DNA of 63,640 nucleotides, counting the filler, from Chiloscyllium plagiosum (taxonomy: Eukaryota): assembly GCF_004010195.1 (NCBI RefSeq). It is 4 parts of one record of this genome, joined end to end, with 100 filler letters (N's around TTAATTAATTAA, not from the genome) between each part and the next. Parts side by side here need not be neighbours in the genome. Positions count along the whole stretch, not along the records: positions 24,639 to 42,039 come from NC_057713.1; positions 42,140 to 55,407 come from NC_057713.1; 2 more parts are not named here. The stretch is one strand, 5' to 3'. Position numbers and translations under genes: made by a program. The notes beneath the pieces are model-generated. The model was not told the origin of the DNA, made no database searches, and saw only the letters and a program-made list of their open reading frames with translations. This document shows, one piece after another, positions 38,660-52,200 of this stretch. Each line of letters begins with the position of its first letter. Positions within the stretch are counted from its first letter, which is position 1.

Positions 38660-40020
38660 AATCAGGTCAGAATTGCGGATGATTGCTGATGATTACACAA
38701 TATTCAGCACCATTCATGACTTCTCACTGGAGCTTAGATGAATGAGAGGAAGTCTAATGGAGGCTTACAAGATGCTGATGGGGATTGAAAAAAAAGTGAA
38801 GTTGTGTGGATCAATCTAGAACGAGGGATAGAAAGAAGAGTTTTAGGGTAAGGATACTCTTTGGCTGAGGGATAGCAGATTTAAAACAAAATTGAGGAGA
38901 AATTTGGGTTGGAATATCTTGTCGGCATGGATGGATTGGACCGAAGGGTCGGTTTCCATGCTGTACATCTCTATGACTCTAAATTACTTCGCTCAAAGGG
39001 TCTGAAACAGTTGAATTCACTACTCCAGAGCACAGTGGACACCAGGATATTGAGTAGTTTAAAGGAGGCAATAGACCTATTTTTAATTAGTAATTTTTAA
39101 TTAGTAATGGGCTGAAAGCTTATGGTGAGCAGAGAGGAAAGTGGAGTTTAGGTCAAGATGAGATCAGTCATGATCATATGACGGAGCAGGCTTGAGGGGC
39201 TAAATTGCCGACTCCTAGTTCTTATACTCTGTTCTCAGGTACTATGGCAGTCCATGTCCAAATGCAGCAATTCCAAGTTTGGGCTGACAAGTGTAAAGTA
39301 ACATGCTTGTTACCAAAGCGCCAAGTAATCACCATCTCTAATAAGACAGAATCTAACCATCACATGACATAGAACTGGCATGTACCATTCAATGGCATTA
39401 TTAACACTGAACTATCAAAATTCTGAAGGCTACCATTGACCATAAACCAAACTAGGCTACATATTTAAAAACTACAGCTACAAGAGCAGATCAGAGGCTA
39501 GGTAAGTGGCAAGTTTCTGACTTCCCAAAGCCTGTTCATCATTTACAAGGCACTGATTATGAGCATGATTGAATACACCCCACTTGCCTGGATGGAAGCA
39601 ACTTAAAAAAGTTAAAGCAGCTTAACACCATCCATAAAAAAAGCATCCCACTTGACTAATACCACATCCACTACTTTCCACGTTCATTTTCTTCATTGCA
39701 GTGCGTACCATCTATGCGATGCACTGCGTAACACACCAAGGCCTGTTTGAAAGGACGTTCCAAACTACAACCTCTCCCACCAGAAGGGCAAGGGTACGAG
39801 ATATCTGGAACACCATAACTTATAAGTTTCTCTCCAGGACACAAATGGTCCTGACATGGGGTGTTTCATGTCAAAATCTTGGAGCTTCCTTCCTAACAGC
39901 ATTTTGGGTATCCCTGCACCAACAGGTTCAAGAACAGAGCTCACCATCACCTCCTTTAGGACACCAGGGGTAGGTAATAAATGCTGGCCTAGCCAGCAAC
40001 ACCCTCATCCTGTAAATACA
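38660..40020 (+). mobile_element. Second-family LINE RT/3' end, interrupted by CR1 3' pieces (38730-39230)
   Basis: Similar to 20650-21068; ends AATAAATGCTGGCCTAGCCAGCAAC. Confidence 0.7.
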
Positions 40021-40183
40021 TTTTTTCCAAAAACTCTAGCCAGAATACTGTCAGGACCTACAGTTTTTATCTAATGCACCTAGTTGTTTCTTCACTGCCC
40101 ATCAATTTTCTGAGCCAAAATACAGAAATAATTGGCACAGCAAAAATATGTCGATCAAAGAATGAATTTACCAAAATCTAAAT

Positions 40184-40856
40184 AAAAACTGAACGAACTG
40201 TGGTTGCTGTAAATCAGAAGCAAAACCAGAAGTTGCTTGAGAAGCTCACGTCTGGCAGCACCTGAGCAGAGAAATCAGAGTTAAGCTTTCAGTCCAGTGA
40301 CCCATCCTCAGACTGATGCTAGCTAGGAAAATGTTGTTTTACATGCAGAAGATAGAGTAGGAGGAGGGGGGCAAGTAGTAAATGACAGGTGTGGCTAGAG
40401 CTCCAAGAGAGAGAACAGTTAGACAGACAAAGGGGTAGATAACATTCTGTCAGGGGTAGGGAATAGATGTTAATGGAGACTGTTAGTGGCTAACAATACG
40501 TAGTGTGTCATGGCCTTGTATGTGCGTACCTCCCACAACAGGACTTGTTATTGCATAGTCTGCCATTACTCACTACCTGTTGATAGTCACTAACAGTCTA
40601 TATTAATAACTGTTCACCCTCCCTGGCAGATTGTCTGTCCAACTCCTTTGTCTGTCCAACTGTTCTTCTCTCCCCATGGAATTCATCCCCACCTATCATG
40701 TACTCCTCACCTCCTCTTCCGACCCTAACTTCTGCATTTAAACTGACACTTTCCTAGCTACCGTCAGTTCTGAGGAAGGGTCACGGGACCTGAAACATTA
40801 ACTCTGATTTCTCTGCACAGATGCTGCCTGAGCTTCTCCAGCACCTTCTGTCTTTG
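40184..40856. mobile_element. Fold-back Penelope-derived element
   Basis: Two ~300-bp diverged inverted arms; 16-bp TSD TTACCAAAATCTAAAT at 40168-40183 and 40857-40872; hammerhead-like motif in each arm. Confidence 0.8.
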
Positions 40857-41121
40857 TTACCAAAATCTAAATTGAACAGTTAAAGTTGATAGAAGCTGAT
40901 AAAGTAAAACTATGGCCGTAAGTATTTGTCAGAAGTTATACAGTTCAACAGCAATGTTAGTTTTATACTGCTCATTAAAAACATAACATCCTTCAGCTGA
41001 ATACAGTGCCCAACAAGGAACCGCTCGCTTGTAAGAAATTGGGGAAATGCTAGGAATAGGACAAAAACTTAATCTAAAGTCCTCGGGTTTATAATTATTC
41101 AAATTCATAAGTTATACTTAC

Positions 41122-41164
41122 CCCAGGCCAGCTACGTCAGACACAAGGTTGCCGAGCGCTGCAG
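41122..41164 (-). CDS. TMEM65: TMEM65 coding exon (exon 5 equivalent, 43 nt)
   Basis: aacag|CT GCA GCG...CTG GG|gtaagt; encodes (A)AALGNLVSDVAGL(G). Confidence 0.95.
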
Positions 41165-42039
41165 CTGTTTTGTTTATAAAGAAAGGATAGAATTAGTCAA
41201 ATTATAGACAGAAGGTCAACAAACTGGGTCTGTTTCATAAATAATTAGACGGCACAACTTTATTTATTTCCCTCTGCTGAAGGCACAATGCTGAAGTACA
41301 GTTAATTTAGAGAGGAGATTCTTGATTATGTGAGTTGCCCGAGGGACATTTGAGGCGAACATCGTCAATTCCACTCTCCCCCGAGAGTCAAACACGTACA
41401 TAGTACACAGCAGGACTCATTGGAAAGCAATTACAACAGACTCCGGCTGACTTCTTCCCTCAATAATCCCAAAATGATGAGAGTAATTTTAGGATCTTTA
41501 CCACTGCCTGCCGTGATTAGTAAACTCGGCACACATTGGGAATTGAACCTGTGATTTCTTTAATGGATTTGCGAACACGTGGGAGCCCGTAGTGCAGACT
41601 CGCCCAGTTGTGATAGACATGGTTCGAGCTCATCAATTGCTGTATTCAACACGATTCAAGATCAGGAAATGAAGTGGTCTTTGTCACGACATTAAAAACA
41701 CCCGGAGGACAGTCACTCTTGGACACAAACAGATGCGGTCTGATACTTCAAAACAGTGAATGTCGGATGGCTCATTGTTACCAGGCACTGTGTGCCTGGA
41801 GTGGAGGCTGGACTCGGTTTAGGGCAGTTAAAATCTTCTCATCAACTTCTTTTAAACCTTCAGAATGGAATTAATCCGAATTTGGGGCCTTTTTTCAATC
41901 CTTATTTTCTTCATTACAGTTTTTATGCTCGATATAATTAGTTTGGTGACTCCGTGTGACTGAAAATACTGTCAAGTGTTCAACATAAAAGGGAGGGAAG
42001 AGAGGAGGGTAGGGAAGAGGGGAGGGTGGGGAGGGTAGG

Positions 42040-42139
42040 NNNNNNNNNNNNNNNNNNNNNNNNNNNNNNNNNNNNNNNNNNNNTTAATTAATTAANNNNN
42101 NNNNNNNNNNNNNNNNNNNNNNNNNNNNNNNNNNNNNNN
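42040..42139. other. Artificial 100-bp linker/gap
   Basis: 44 N + TTAATTAATTAA + 44 N, flanked by G/A-rich low-complexity DNA. Confidence 0.95.
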
Positions 42140-42739
42140 GAGAAGGTGGGAAAAGGGAGAATGAGGCGGAAGATCTGTGGGGGAGAGGGAAGGGGGAGTG
42201 TGGGTTGAGAGCAAGGGAGGGGAGAGGGAACAAAGTTTTACTGATGTCCATATTTCTGCACTTCAACAAAAATGCAATGTAACCAGTTTTCTTGGGTGTA
42301 AATCTTACAGAGCCACATCAGGCTATATCACTTGCTTTGTGTTTTTAGCAGTTCTTCAAGCCACAGTCAGAAATTGAATGTCAGGTATGAAAATCCTAAA
42401 AATAACTAGTGGATTTATTGGGTTACATGACAATATACAGTTTCTCTCATTTCACTGGCTTATAAAAAGACTGCTTCATGCTGAATAAAACCAAGACAAC
42501 AACATGCACTAATGATGTTTTCTTATTAGCAGCACCAATAAGAATTAATGGGCTTCTCAAAAGCTATTTCTCATTCTGGTGAAATAAGTTATTAACATAC
42601 AATTGCAAGATTTGACTTTGCTAAACCTGAACAAAATACAGAGCACAAATGTAAATTATTTTGCACTGTAATTGACCTATATGTTCTGAGAGTTATTTGA
42701 AAAGATGGAATACGTAGTGAAGGATTACTTCCTTATGGA

Positions 42740-43403
42740 TATCAAGATGCACTGCAGAAATTTACCAAAGTTCTTTAGACCAATCCTTCCAAACCCACGA
42801 CCACTTCCAGCTAGAAGGACAAGGGCACAGGATACATAGGAACACCACTAATTGCAAGTTACCCTCCATGCCACTCACCATTCTGACTTGGAAATACATT
42901 ACCATTCCTTCAAGATACTAGGATTCACTCCCTAGCAGCACTGTGGGTCACCCAGAGCACATGGACTGCAGCGGATTTTTTAAAAAAAAATCATTCACAG
43001 GATGAGGACATCACTGTCTCGGCCAGCATTTACTGCTATCCCTAATTACCTATGGGGCAATTAAGAGTCATCCATTTTCCTATGGATTTGGAGTAACATG
43101 TAGTCCAGTCCAGATAAGGTTGGCAGTTTCCTTCCCTGAAGGACATTAGTGGACTAGATGGGTTTTTCCAACAATCGACAATGGTTTCATAGTTTTACCA
43201 GACTCTAAATTCTAGATTTTTATACAGTTTAAATTCTGCCGTGGCAGGATTAGAACCCAGGTACCTAAGTGTCTTAAATTAATAACCCAGCAATAATACC
43301 ACTAAGCTGGGCAGTTCACCACTACCTTCTCAAGGGCAACTAAGGGTGGGCAATAAATACTGGCAAGCCAGCAATGCTCACATCCCATGAATGAATAAAA
43401 AAA
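42740..43403 (+). mobile_element. Second-family LINE 3' end with an antisense SINE nested at about 42975-43308
   Basis: The LINE 3' sequence resumes after the insert; the SINE tail is homologous to the LINE terminus. Confidence 0.65.
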
Positions 43404-44074
43404 TTAAACAGTAGATCTTCCAAAGAAAAGAAATTGAGATGGTGACAAATAGGAGCTGGCAGGCATACATTTTCTAAGGACACAGGCGTGCACACTTAGC
43501 TAGATGGCTGTCTTCATGACCCCAGGTTAATGGTGTAACATCTTCTTGTAATATGGCAGCCAACACAAACATGTGCTTGAGTAAGTTGAAACAGAAAAAC
43601 ATTAAGAGGTCATTGAAGCCCAGTGGATATTTGTTTGAAAGTTAGGTACTTTGTGAACTGCTTACAGATACACAATAATGGGAACTAAGTCTGTCATACT
43701 GCTGCTTCAGCAACCTAAGCATCCGGTTGCTGCAGTGTAAACATGTCATTTTCTGAGCAATAATTGAAATGTCATAACATTTAAGGCTATGGCCCAAGTG
43801 CTGGCAAGTGGGATTCGTGTGGACAAATTGGTGCAGAGTTGATGGGCTGAAGGGTCTCTTTTGTGCTGCATGACTCGATCAGAAACCTAACTTCCATCGA
43901 AGTCTTACACCCACAATTTGCTATACAGGGTGACAGCCAATTCTTTCGAAATTGACCAATTTCAAAATTGTGGCGAGATGGGAAAAAACATTCCCAAGTA
44001 CACAAAATTGACAACAACCCAGAAGCAATTCAAAGATTTCTTGAATGAACTAAAATTATTTTAAGAATGCTCAC

Positions 44075-44129
44075 CTGCCATTGTGGAAATGCCAAAAATG
44101 ACTCCAATGGATAACTCAATCTGTGTCCC
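44075..44129 (-). CDS. TMEM65: TMEM65 coding exon (exon 4 equivalent, 55 nt)
   Basis: cttttccttag|GGG ACA...GCA G|gtgagc; encodes GTQIELSIGVIFGISTMA. Confidence 0.95.
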
Positions 44130-44334
44130 CTAAGGAAAAGAGCAAAAATCAATATTGTAATAAAATGTTTCACTACTTTAAACTATGCACATGTAAGGTC
44201 TGGCTCATTGCAAAGCGCTACTCTAAAAGGTAGCTAGAAAATCATTGCTGTACAGTACAATAATAAAATATTTAACTTTATAATACTGGGTCAGTTTAAG
44301 GTCTAATGCTGCACACCATTTGATCCCAAGCTCA

Positions 44335-44802
44335 GAGTCATAGAACTGTTCATCACAAACAGATCCACCAATCCAACTTGTCCATGGCAACCAGATATCC
44401 CAAATTAATCTCATCCCATTTGCCAATATTTGGCCCGAATCCTTCCAAACCTTTCCTACTCATGTACCCATCCTGATGTCTTTTGAATGTTGTAATTGTA
44501 CCAGTCCCCATCACTTCCTCTGGCAGTTCATTCCATACATGCACTATCCTCCGCTTGATAAAGTTGCCCCTTTGATCCCTTCTAAATCTTTTCTCTCTCA
44601 CCCTAAACCAATGCCCTCCAGTTTTGGACTCCCCTCCCCTGGGAAAAAGACTATGATTATTCAGCCTGTACATGCCTATCATGAATTTATAAACTTGTGC
44701 AAGGTCATCCCTCAGCCTCCATACTCTAGGGAAAATAGCCCCAACCTATTTAGCCTTTCCCTTGAGCTCAAACCTTCCAACTTTGGCAACAACCTTACAA
44801 AT
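44335..44802 (-). mobile_element. CR1/HER1 3' end
   Basis: SLFPRGGESKTGGHWFRVR..VWNELPEEV on the reverse strand. Confidence 0.9.
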
Positions 44803-46949
44803 AGATAGATAAAAGAAAATAAAACTAGGCAGATTACTTAAGTGATTTTCACAATGTGTTGTTTCACCAGCAAAAATGATTGTTTCTTGGTTGATTTTTT
44901 TAAGATGTTGATTGGGCTCACCTTTACAGTACACTCAAATAAAGGCAGTCATGCTTTTAACTTAGTTTTCTATTGTTTGAGCTTCCAAGAGCTGCTCATG
45001 TTAAGTTAAGCAGAAAGCTTTCAAATTTTTATGCTGTAGCACCAACAGCCAGATTCCTTCTCACAGAAAACAGGAGTCCAAAACCTAATTCATACACTAA
45101 CCACTCCTTGACAGACTGACCATCTCCAGCATAAGCCCCAGTTACCACACAACATCTGCCATCTGTTGGAGAATAAAGTACCTTCCAGACATACTGGAAC
45201 CCATTCCAAAGGTACTGATCTCATTAACAGCCATACTTTGCTACCTGCTTAAACATAATGACCTCCCCTGGTATCGAAAGGTCTGCAGAATCTTTTGATG
45301 AGAAACCAACCTGCAATTAACTTTCAGGCCTGGTCTCACAAATAAACAAAAACGTTTGTTTGGTCTGTTTACCTTTTAACACAAGCTGCTAACTATAGTC
45401 CAAAGTCATATTTAGCCAACAGTTCCCAGTTCACTGCTCCAAATCAAAATTGATAAAACAATAAAAATGAAAATAATGAAAAATCAGTGTGGCATCTACT
45501 ATCAGACTAAAAGCACTTTCCCTTTTTCTAGTACAATCCAATCAGCTTCTCCCTTTTTTTTAAATATATATAGTATCTCCAACAATTCTCACTTAGAATT
45601 CGTGTAATTTCCCGAATACCTGGCAGAGATATATTATAATAGAGTCATTTCAACAATGGATGGCAAAATAATAACAGGAGAAAATAGGGAGGTCTGATAA
45701 CTATTTAACTCATGGATTGTCTTGAGGATCCTATTTACTTTAGTTTGTGAGAAATTTATTTCCACTGAATTTCTTCTATGGTAATTTTTGAAAAAAAACT
45801 CAAATTACAGGTAGTTCTTTAAACAACTGGAACAAGAAATTAGAGTTTCTCGCTGCAGACAACACTTGAAAGTGTGCTCAAAATACGGTTCCTTTGTAAT
45901 TCCTTAAGTAAGCACATTCTCCTGCAAGTAATTCTGCAATGAAGTCCACCCAATTGCCCATTTTCTTTTCCATTTTCAGAACTGTAATGGGCAATTTGAA
46001 AAATAATTTCATTGGATGTGGCCGTCTTTGGCAAGTCCACCATTTGGTGCCTATTATCTTGTTTCCCTTTCACCTGGATGATCTTCTGTCACCCCAATCC
46101 CATAAAATATGCCCATCCCTTTCCTCTAAGCTTTATAGAGGAACCAATCCCTCCATGACACCTTGGTTCATCCTTATAGCTCCTGTTTTCCTCTCCCACA
46201 CGCTTTCCTCTATAAGCATAAGAGATGCAATATTTCCCTACACATTTCCCATACCATTATCCTGGGCCTGTATCTAATAACTACTCTAAGCTTCATTACA
46301 TGGAGAAGATTTCACAAAAATGTTCTACTTGTAAGCCTGATCTTCCCCTTACTTGCCAATTTCATCACCCACTAGCTCTCATTCTGATGTCCCAATCTTT
46401 GTCTTCTGTACTGTCCCAGTGAAGTTAACTACAGTCTCAAGGAACAATATGGCATTTTTTCTACAATGTCCTTTGCAATTGTTTAGTCTTAGTTGTGTTT
46501 AAGGACTTCATGCCATAATGAGGCTCCTGTCTTCTTTCTGCAGTCAGTGCTAACAATAAAGGTCAATTGGGAAGATGGATTGAAAAGCAAATTGATAATT
46601 AGAATGCCACTTTCAACAAATCACTTAAACAACTGTTCCTGTCCTTCTGTGACTATTTTAGACTGCCTTTAGTTCTAGAAATCACCTTCCAAAACTTCCA
46701 AAATTAAAATCAAAGAAAAGTTATGGCACAGAAAAAAGCCATTCAGCCCACCCGGAAAAAAACCTGCCACTCTAATTCTACCTATGAGCGTCAGGTGCTT
46801 GGTTTATCAGACAAAACCATTCAAACATGAGAGAAACAAAAACTGCCTACGTGCTTAGGTTATGCAAATATACCATTTCCAAGGAATGCTTAATGTATCT
46901 GATTACTGGAAGGTACACAGACACAGTTAGGTGTAATCCACCATGCCAG

Positions 46950-47288
46950 TTTTCAGTGGTTAGCACTGCTGTCTCACAGCTTCAGGGACCCGGGTTCAAT
47001 TCCACCCACGGGCAACTTACTGTGTGGAGTCTGAAAACATTCTCCCGCTGCGTGGGTTTCTCCAGGTGGTCCAGTTTCCTCCAACAGTACAAAGATGCGC
47101 AGGTTAGGTGGATCGGTCATATTAAATTACCTGTAGTGTCAGTGATATGCAGACCATTATGGATTAGCCATTGGAAATGCAGGGTTATGGAGACAGAGTA
47201 GGGTGGTGGGTCTGGAAGGGATGCTCTCCAGAGAGTCCATGTGGACTTATTGGGCCAAATGGCCTGCTTCCACACTCTCGGGATTCTA
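46950..47288 (+). mobile_element. HE1-like V-SINE
   Basis: CAGTGGTTAGCACTGCTG, GGTTCAATTCC, V core and CR1 tail. Confidence 0.85.
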
Positions 47289-47671
47289 AAAGTCTAAATA
47301 GTCCCCGGTTGCCACTTTTTCAGATGTCACCTGACTCAAGTCAAACAAAAAGGATTTTTTTTCCCCTTGTTCAAACTGACATTGCTTCACTGCAGGGCAG
47401 TACAATGTACAGATAAATTTTGCTTCTCTACAAAACCTATATAGTAGACTTACCCCTGAATCATAGCATGGAAGTTAGCTATTCAGAGTCTAATGTTAAT
47501 GATTTTATGCTCCACACAGGCATCTTCCCACCCCAAATCAAATCCAATAAGAATTTCCTTTCCAATCTTTCCAAATGTCAATTAGGGTCTAGTCACATTT
47601 CTTAAAATGTTCCCTTTAAGATTAGTGTCTATGATAAACAATGAAGCAAAGGACATAGGTGAAGTACTTAC

Positions 47672-47739
47672 TGCAACAATCATTATAGCATTGTCCAGGA
47701 AACCAAACCCAATGAAAGGTATCGCACTGTGAAGAAACA
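47672..47739 (-). CDS. TMEM65: TMEM65 coding exon (exon 3 equivalent, 68 nt)
   Basis: ttacag|TG TTT CTT...GTT GCA|gtaagt; encodes (V)FLHSAIPFIGFGFLDNAIMIVA. Confidence 0.95.
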
Positions 47740-49229
47740 CTGTAAGACATAAACATAATTGAATAAAAGATGTTTTCCCCAAGTAAGAAATTAAATAGAA
47801 ACTCACTATAATTAAACATTACAATTTATGACCACAACACAATTCTAACAGTCAGCTTAAAATCAATATATTTTCACAAAGTTATCAAAACTATATTGAT
47901 TTACACATTTTATGCACTATCAAGATTTACAAAAATATCAGAATTGTAAATTCAGAAATCCCTGTCAAATCCAAATTATCACCAGTCAGATTATTCGTCA
48001 CTTAAATGTGGCTTTCAAAGGATTTTACAGAAAGCTATGGGGGAAAATAAAATTTTATTTTCTATAATTAGCATTTTGCTGAACAATTTTCTTAGACATT
48101 TTCTTTTCTCCTCTTGCATCTCTAATTTGGTAATTCTGTGAGGGAAATTGTGACATGGCAGAGTAGTGGCCTGACCTCAACATCAAGACGCTGTGATTGA
48201 ATCACATTGTGTTCCTATAGTCAGAGGAAATTTGAATAGAACTTGTCTAAGACATTGATACCCATTTAATAATTTTTGGGAATTATTGCGTATGTCCAGA
48301 ACAAAGAGGAGATTTCAGATCAATTTCCATTAAGATCATGCCAGTAAACTGAACTCAGTACGCATACAGCTTTTGGGAATGAGAATTACAAGTCAGTACA
48401 AAGAATTAGATCCAGCTCAACTAACAGAAGGAATGGTGTCCTGCATTAAAATCAGCCTGAGAGAATGGGAGGTTAGTTAACATCTTTCTGATTGACATTC
48501 ACACACTTTCAGGACTGGCTCTTTCAATTTGGCTCAATGGTTGGAAGTTTATATCCTGGTTTGACCAGCCTCTCAACCCAGCAGACATTAGCGATGTCCA
48601 GCCTCTGGCTTCTGGCCCAGCTGAGCAAAGAAGAGTTCAGAAATAATGCTCGCAGAAATCTGGTTAGTGAATCAGAACAGAGCAAGGTTCTGCAAATGTT
48701 TAGTGGTGTCTTAAAAGGTGAAGAATTTATTATTTTGATAGATATGTTTATCCCAATGGAATATGTTTTATACTTATTATATTAAATGAAGTATTTCAAA
48801 TGGACTGCAATTCTTTATGCACCTTATTTCAGATTAAGCACTTTGAAAATAAAGCTAATTGCTAGTTTGTCAATGGCCTGGTCTCAATAGTTTGTTCATA
48901 TCCTAGAAGCTAAGAAAGAGATATTAGAGCATCAGAAAAGTTACAGTGTCCAGTTCACAAAGAATTTCAATAATATCACCCACTTCCCGAGACCCACAAT
49001 CTTACGTCATTGATCAGTAACTATTAGGTAAAGTTGAACTGGTGCCCAACATGGACAGTGTCTGATTATAGATGATAGTAACTTCACCAAATCCAAAATA
49101 ATATCAACTACAAGATTTGAAGTTTGTTTTTTCCAGCTTAATTCAAGTAAAAATAAGTTTTCAAATGTATAGCGATTGCTTTGTTGCAGCTAGCTGAAGA
49201 AAAGTGGTTATAAAGCAGAGATGCATTAC

Positions 49230-49274
49230 CATATCTGTGCTGTGCTGATGACGGAGGCTTAACTTCCATTTCTT
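49230..49274 (-). CDS. TMEM65: TMEM65 coding exon (exon 2 equivalent, 45 nt)
   Basis: cttttctctttgcag|AA GAA ATG...AGA TAT G|gtaatg; encodes EMEVKPPSSAQHRY, phase-compatible with the next exon. Confidence 0.85.
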
Positions 49275-52200
49275 CTGCAAAGAGAAAAGTGAAATGTTTA
49301 GACCTGAATAAATAACTGCTTCTTCTAAATTACACATCAAAATAGCACACCACCAGAACACTACACCACCATGTAGCACAGGACACTAAGGCATTAATGA
49401 GATTGACAAAGATGATAAGGTACCCAACCTCTAATGTCGCTGAGGGCAAATCAATCATCAGTCCTCGAGCCATTTTGTACAATGCCCAAATTTCAGAGGA
49501 TGCTATCACCATCTATCACTGTATTCCCATGTTGCAGAATTTCAATACATCACCCACCTTAAAGCCTTGGCTTAAAAAAATGTTCTGAGACACTTTCCCT
49601 ACATTGAACATGTCTCATTTATCACCATAGTTTGTGACACTCTCTAAATTGAACCCATAATGAAAGGAATTGAGTGAAAGATTCTGTTGAGCCTACCTAA
49701 AATGTTTCAACATAACTAAGATTCCACCACAAACAGGGTGAAGTCTAAAGCTCAGATCGAATCTCTATACTAAACTCAATAATTTAAATCTCAAAATGAT
49801 TATGTCCTTGCCTGTATCATTAGAACTAAAAAGTAATGTTAATTTTCCAAGGCCTATTAGTACCAGAGGCAAACATGGGGTGGAGATCATACCTGTATTG
49901 CTGAGGCTGGTTGTTCATTTTATAGTGCTTACTTTTAGGGGTCACATATTTCATTTAAGATATTTAATCATACAAATAGCATCCAGGGAAAACTGACATA
50001 CAAAGTCAACAACCAAGACTATAATTTTGCACAACCAATCCTCTTTAATCATAAAACACCATTGCAATGCTTCAAGAAATAATTTAACAGAATAACTTCA
50101 ACATCTTCATATTAATTCAAATCATTAATGCAAGCATGATTCATTTCAGGTCTTGATCTGAAAATAGTTCTTATACTTGACTTTATTATTGAGAGTAGTT
50201 AAATATTAACTTCTGGTGATACGTTTCACCCCATATGCTTCAATGATGATTCACATATCTAATATTGGTAACATTATGTCGGTTTGCTTAAAATAGTGCT
50301 GGAGATAGTTTACATCTAACTAAGAGGGTGGCATGAGAGTTTTGGTTCAATGTTTCAGAAACCTCCAACAGTACAGCCATCCTTCAGCTTTGAATGGAAG
50401 TGTCAGCCTAGATAACTTGAATCTACAACCTTCTGACTCCTAAACATGCTTTCACTACTAAACCACAAGAAAAGGGAAGACGATTAGGTCATTTATCCCC
50501 TTGAACATGTTTCACCATTCAACTAGATTATGGTTAACCAATGCCAAAACTGATCAAGATTTCTGAGCCAGCATTACCTAGTTTTTCATTTTCTTCCATT
50601 GATTGTATCAGATAATGCTCTCACGTGTTCGCCATGGATGTTGAAAGTAAAAGGACATCAGTCTCTAATGTCAGAGAAAACAAATTGGCACAATTTGAAG
50701 TTGATGATCTCAGCTGTGTGAAGGAGTTGAATTGCACTCACAGCTGAAGCACCGAGAGCCTTCAACTGTTCAGCGAGGCTTGCAATACCGCCTCTTCACC
50801 GTTCAAGGTACAATCATTTTCATTCTTATTACCTACATGGAAAGAGCTGTATGCCTATTATATTGAATTGACTTAATTTTAGTTAGTTTTCTTGTCACTC
50901 AACAAGACCAAATATGCATGAGTAAAGATGCCTCGTGACTTAAATGGAATTCAAAGCCGGATTGTTAGAGTCTGCAATCTAACAGCACAAACTGAATCAT
51001 GGTCTTAAAACCTTTACTTGATTTTTACTAAGGTGTGATTACATTCTAGGTTTGGTGTAGCCAAGAAATATCTGAAATACTCAATTCCTTGAGTTTGTCC
51101 TATTATAATTAGCCCTTGTAAAATTTGCAGCAAAAGACTCTCCATTTAGATGGTGTCAATTATATTATTATAAATTCTTGAACACAGACATTACTAAGTT
51201 TAAGCTAAATATGCCTAGCATCCTGAAGAGAAACAAAATTGGATTCTGGTAAAGGAAAGTTAAATAGACAGATGAATTTGCTTGGTGCTCTTTCATGACA
51301 GAGTGCAAATTATTCATCATCTTGAAGAACATGAAGCATTACTTTCAAAGAGCTGTTTGCAGCTTCTTGAGGATTATACTAATATGGGCCAGATGGATTA
51401 TGTAATGTTACTTGTCACAAGATATTGCAGATGTATTCAAAATAAAACTGTATTCCAGAGCCACACATTAAAGTTACAGATTTACAGGAACTTTTTCTTT
51501 CAACAATTGTGCCCACACACAGTCTATACTTATACGGTCAGAAACCCAAATTTCCAGTACCTACAAGAGTTAAATTACTCCAGTGGTAATAATCTGCTTA
51601 ATCAAGTCAATAGACATGTACTACACAAAATTCTGGTTGACATTACTCAGAAGAAATAGTTTTATGCCATCGTTTGGCTTAATTTTTAACTTGTGGTGCT
51701 TTAAAGTGAAACAATTATTAATATGTAATATGTCAAAGTACATACAACACTTTGAAATTAAGATCAGTTCAGTGATAGGTTTTGATTTCTGGAAATGAGA
51801 TTCTTATTTCTCTGGAAAACAAAAAGTGACTTTTTAATTAGCTTGTTACAGGAAGCAAGAGTTACTGCAAAGTCACACGTTAGCAAATGTTTCTTTTAAC
51901 TGAAATTTCTTGATAGGATCTGGAACTCTGCAGAACCTTCAGATGTAACCATTAGACATAAACAGAAATTACCTTGCAGTGCCTCATTACCTTAGTTGAA
52001 AGCTATAAGCTTGGTATACTAACAAGGAAAAGCTATAATGAAAAGGTTGCTCTCATAACTGTTCATGGATTGAAAGGATTTAAAGATAACCTTTTCCATA
52101 TGGAAGAAATCAGCAATAATTCTGTCTGGAATAAGCTATTAAGGACAAGGCTATACAAGGATTGAAAGCAAATCAGCCATGTCTGGGAAAAAAGGGGGTT

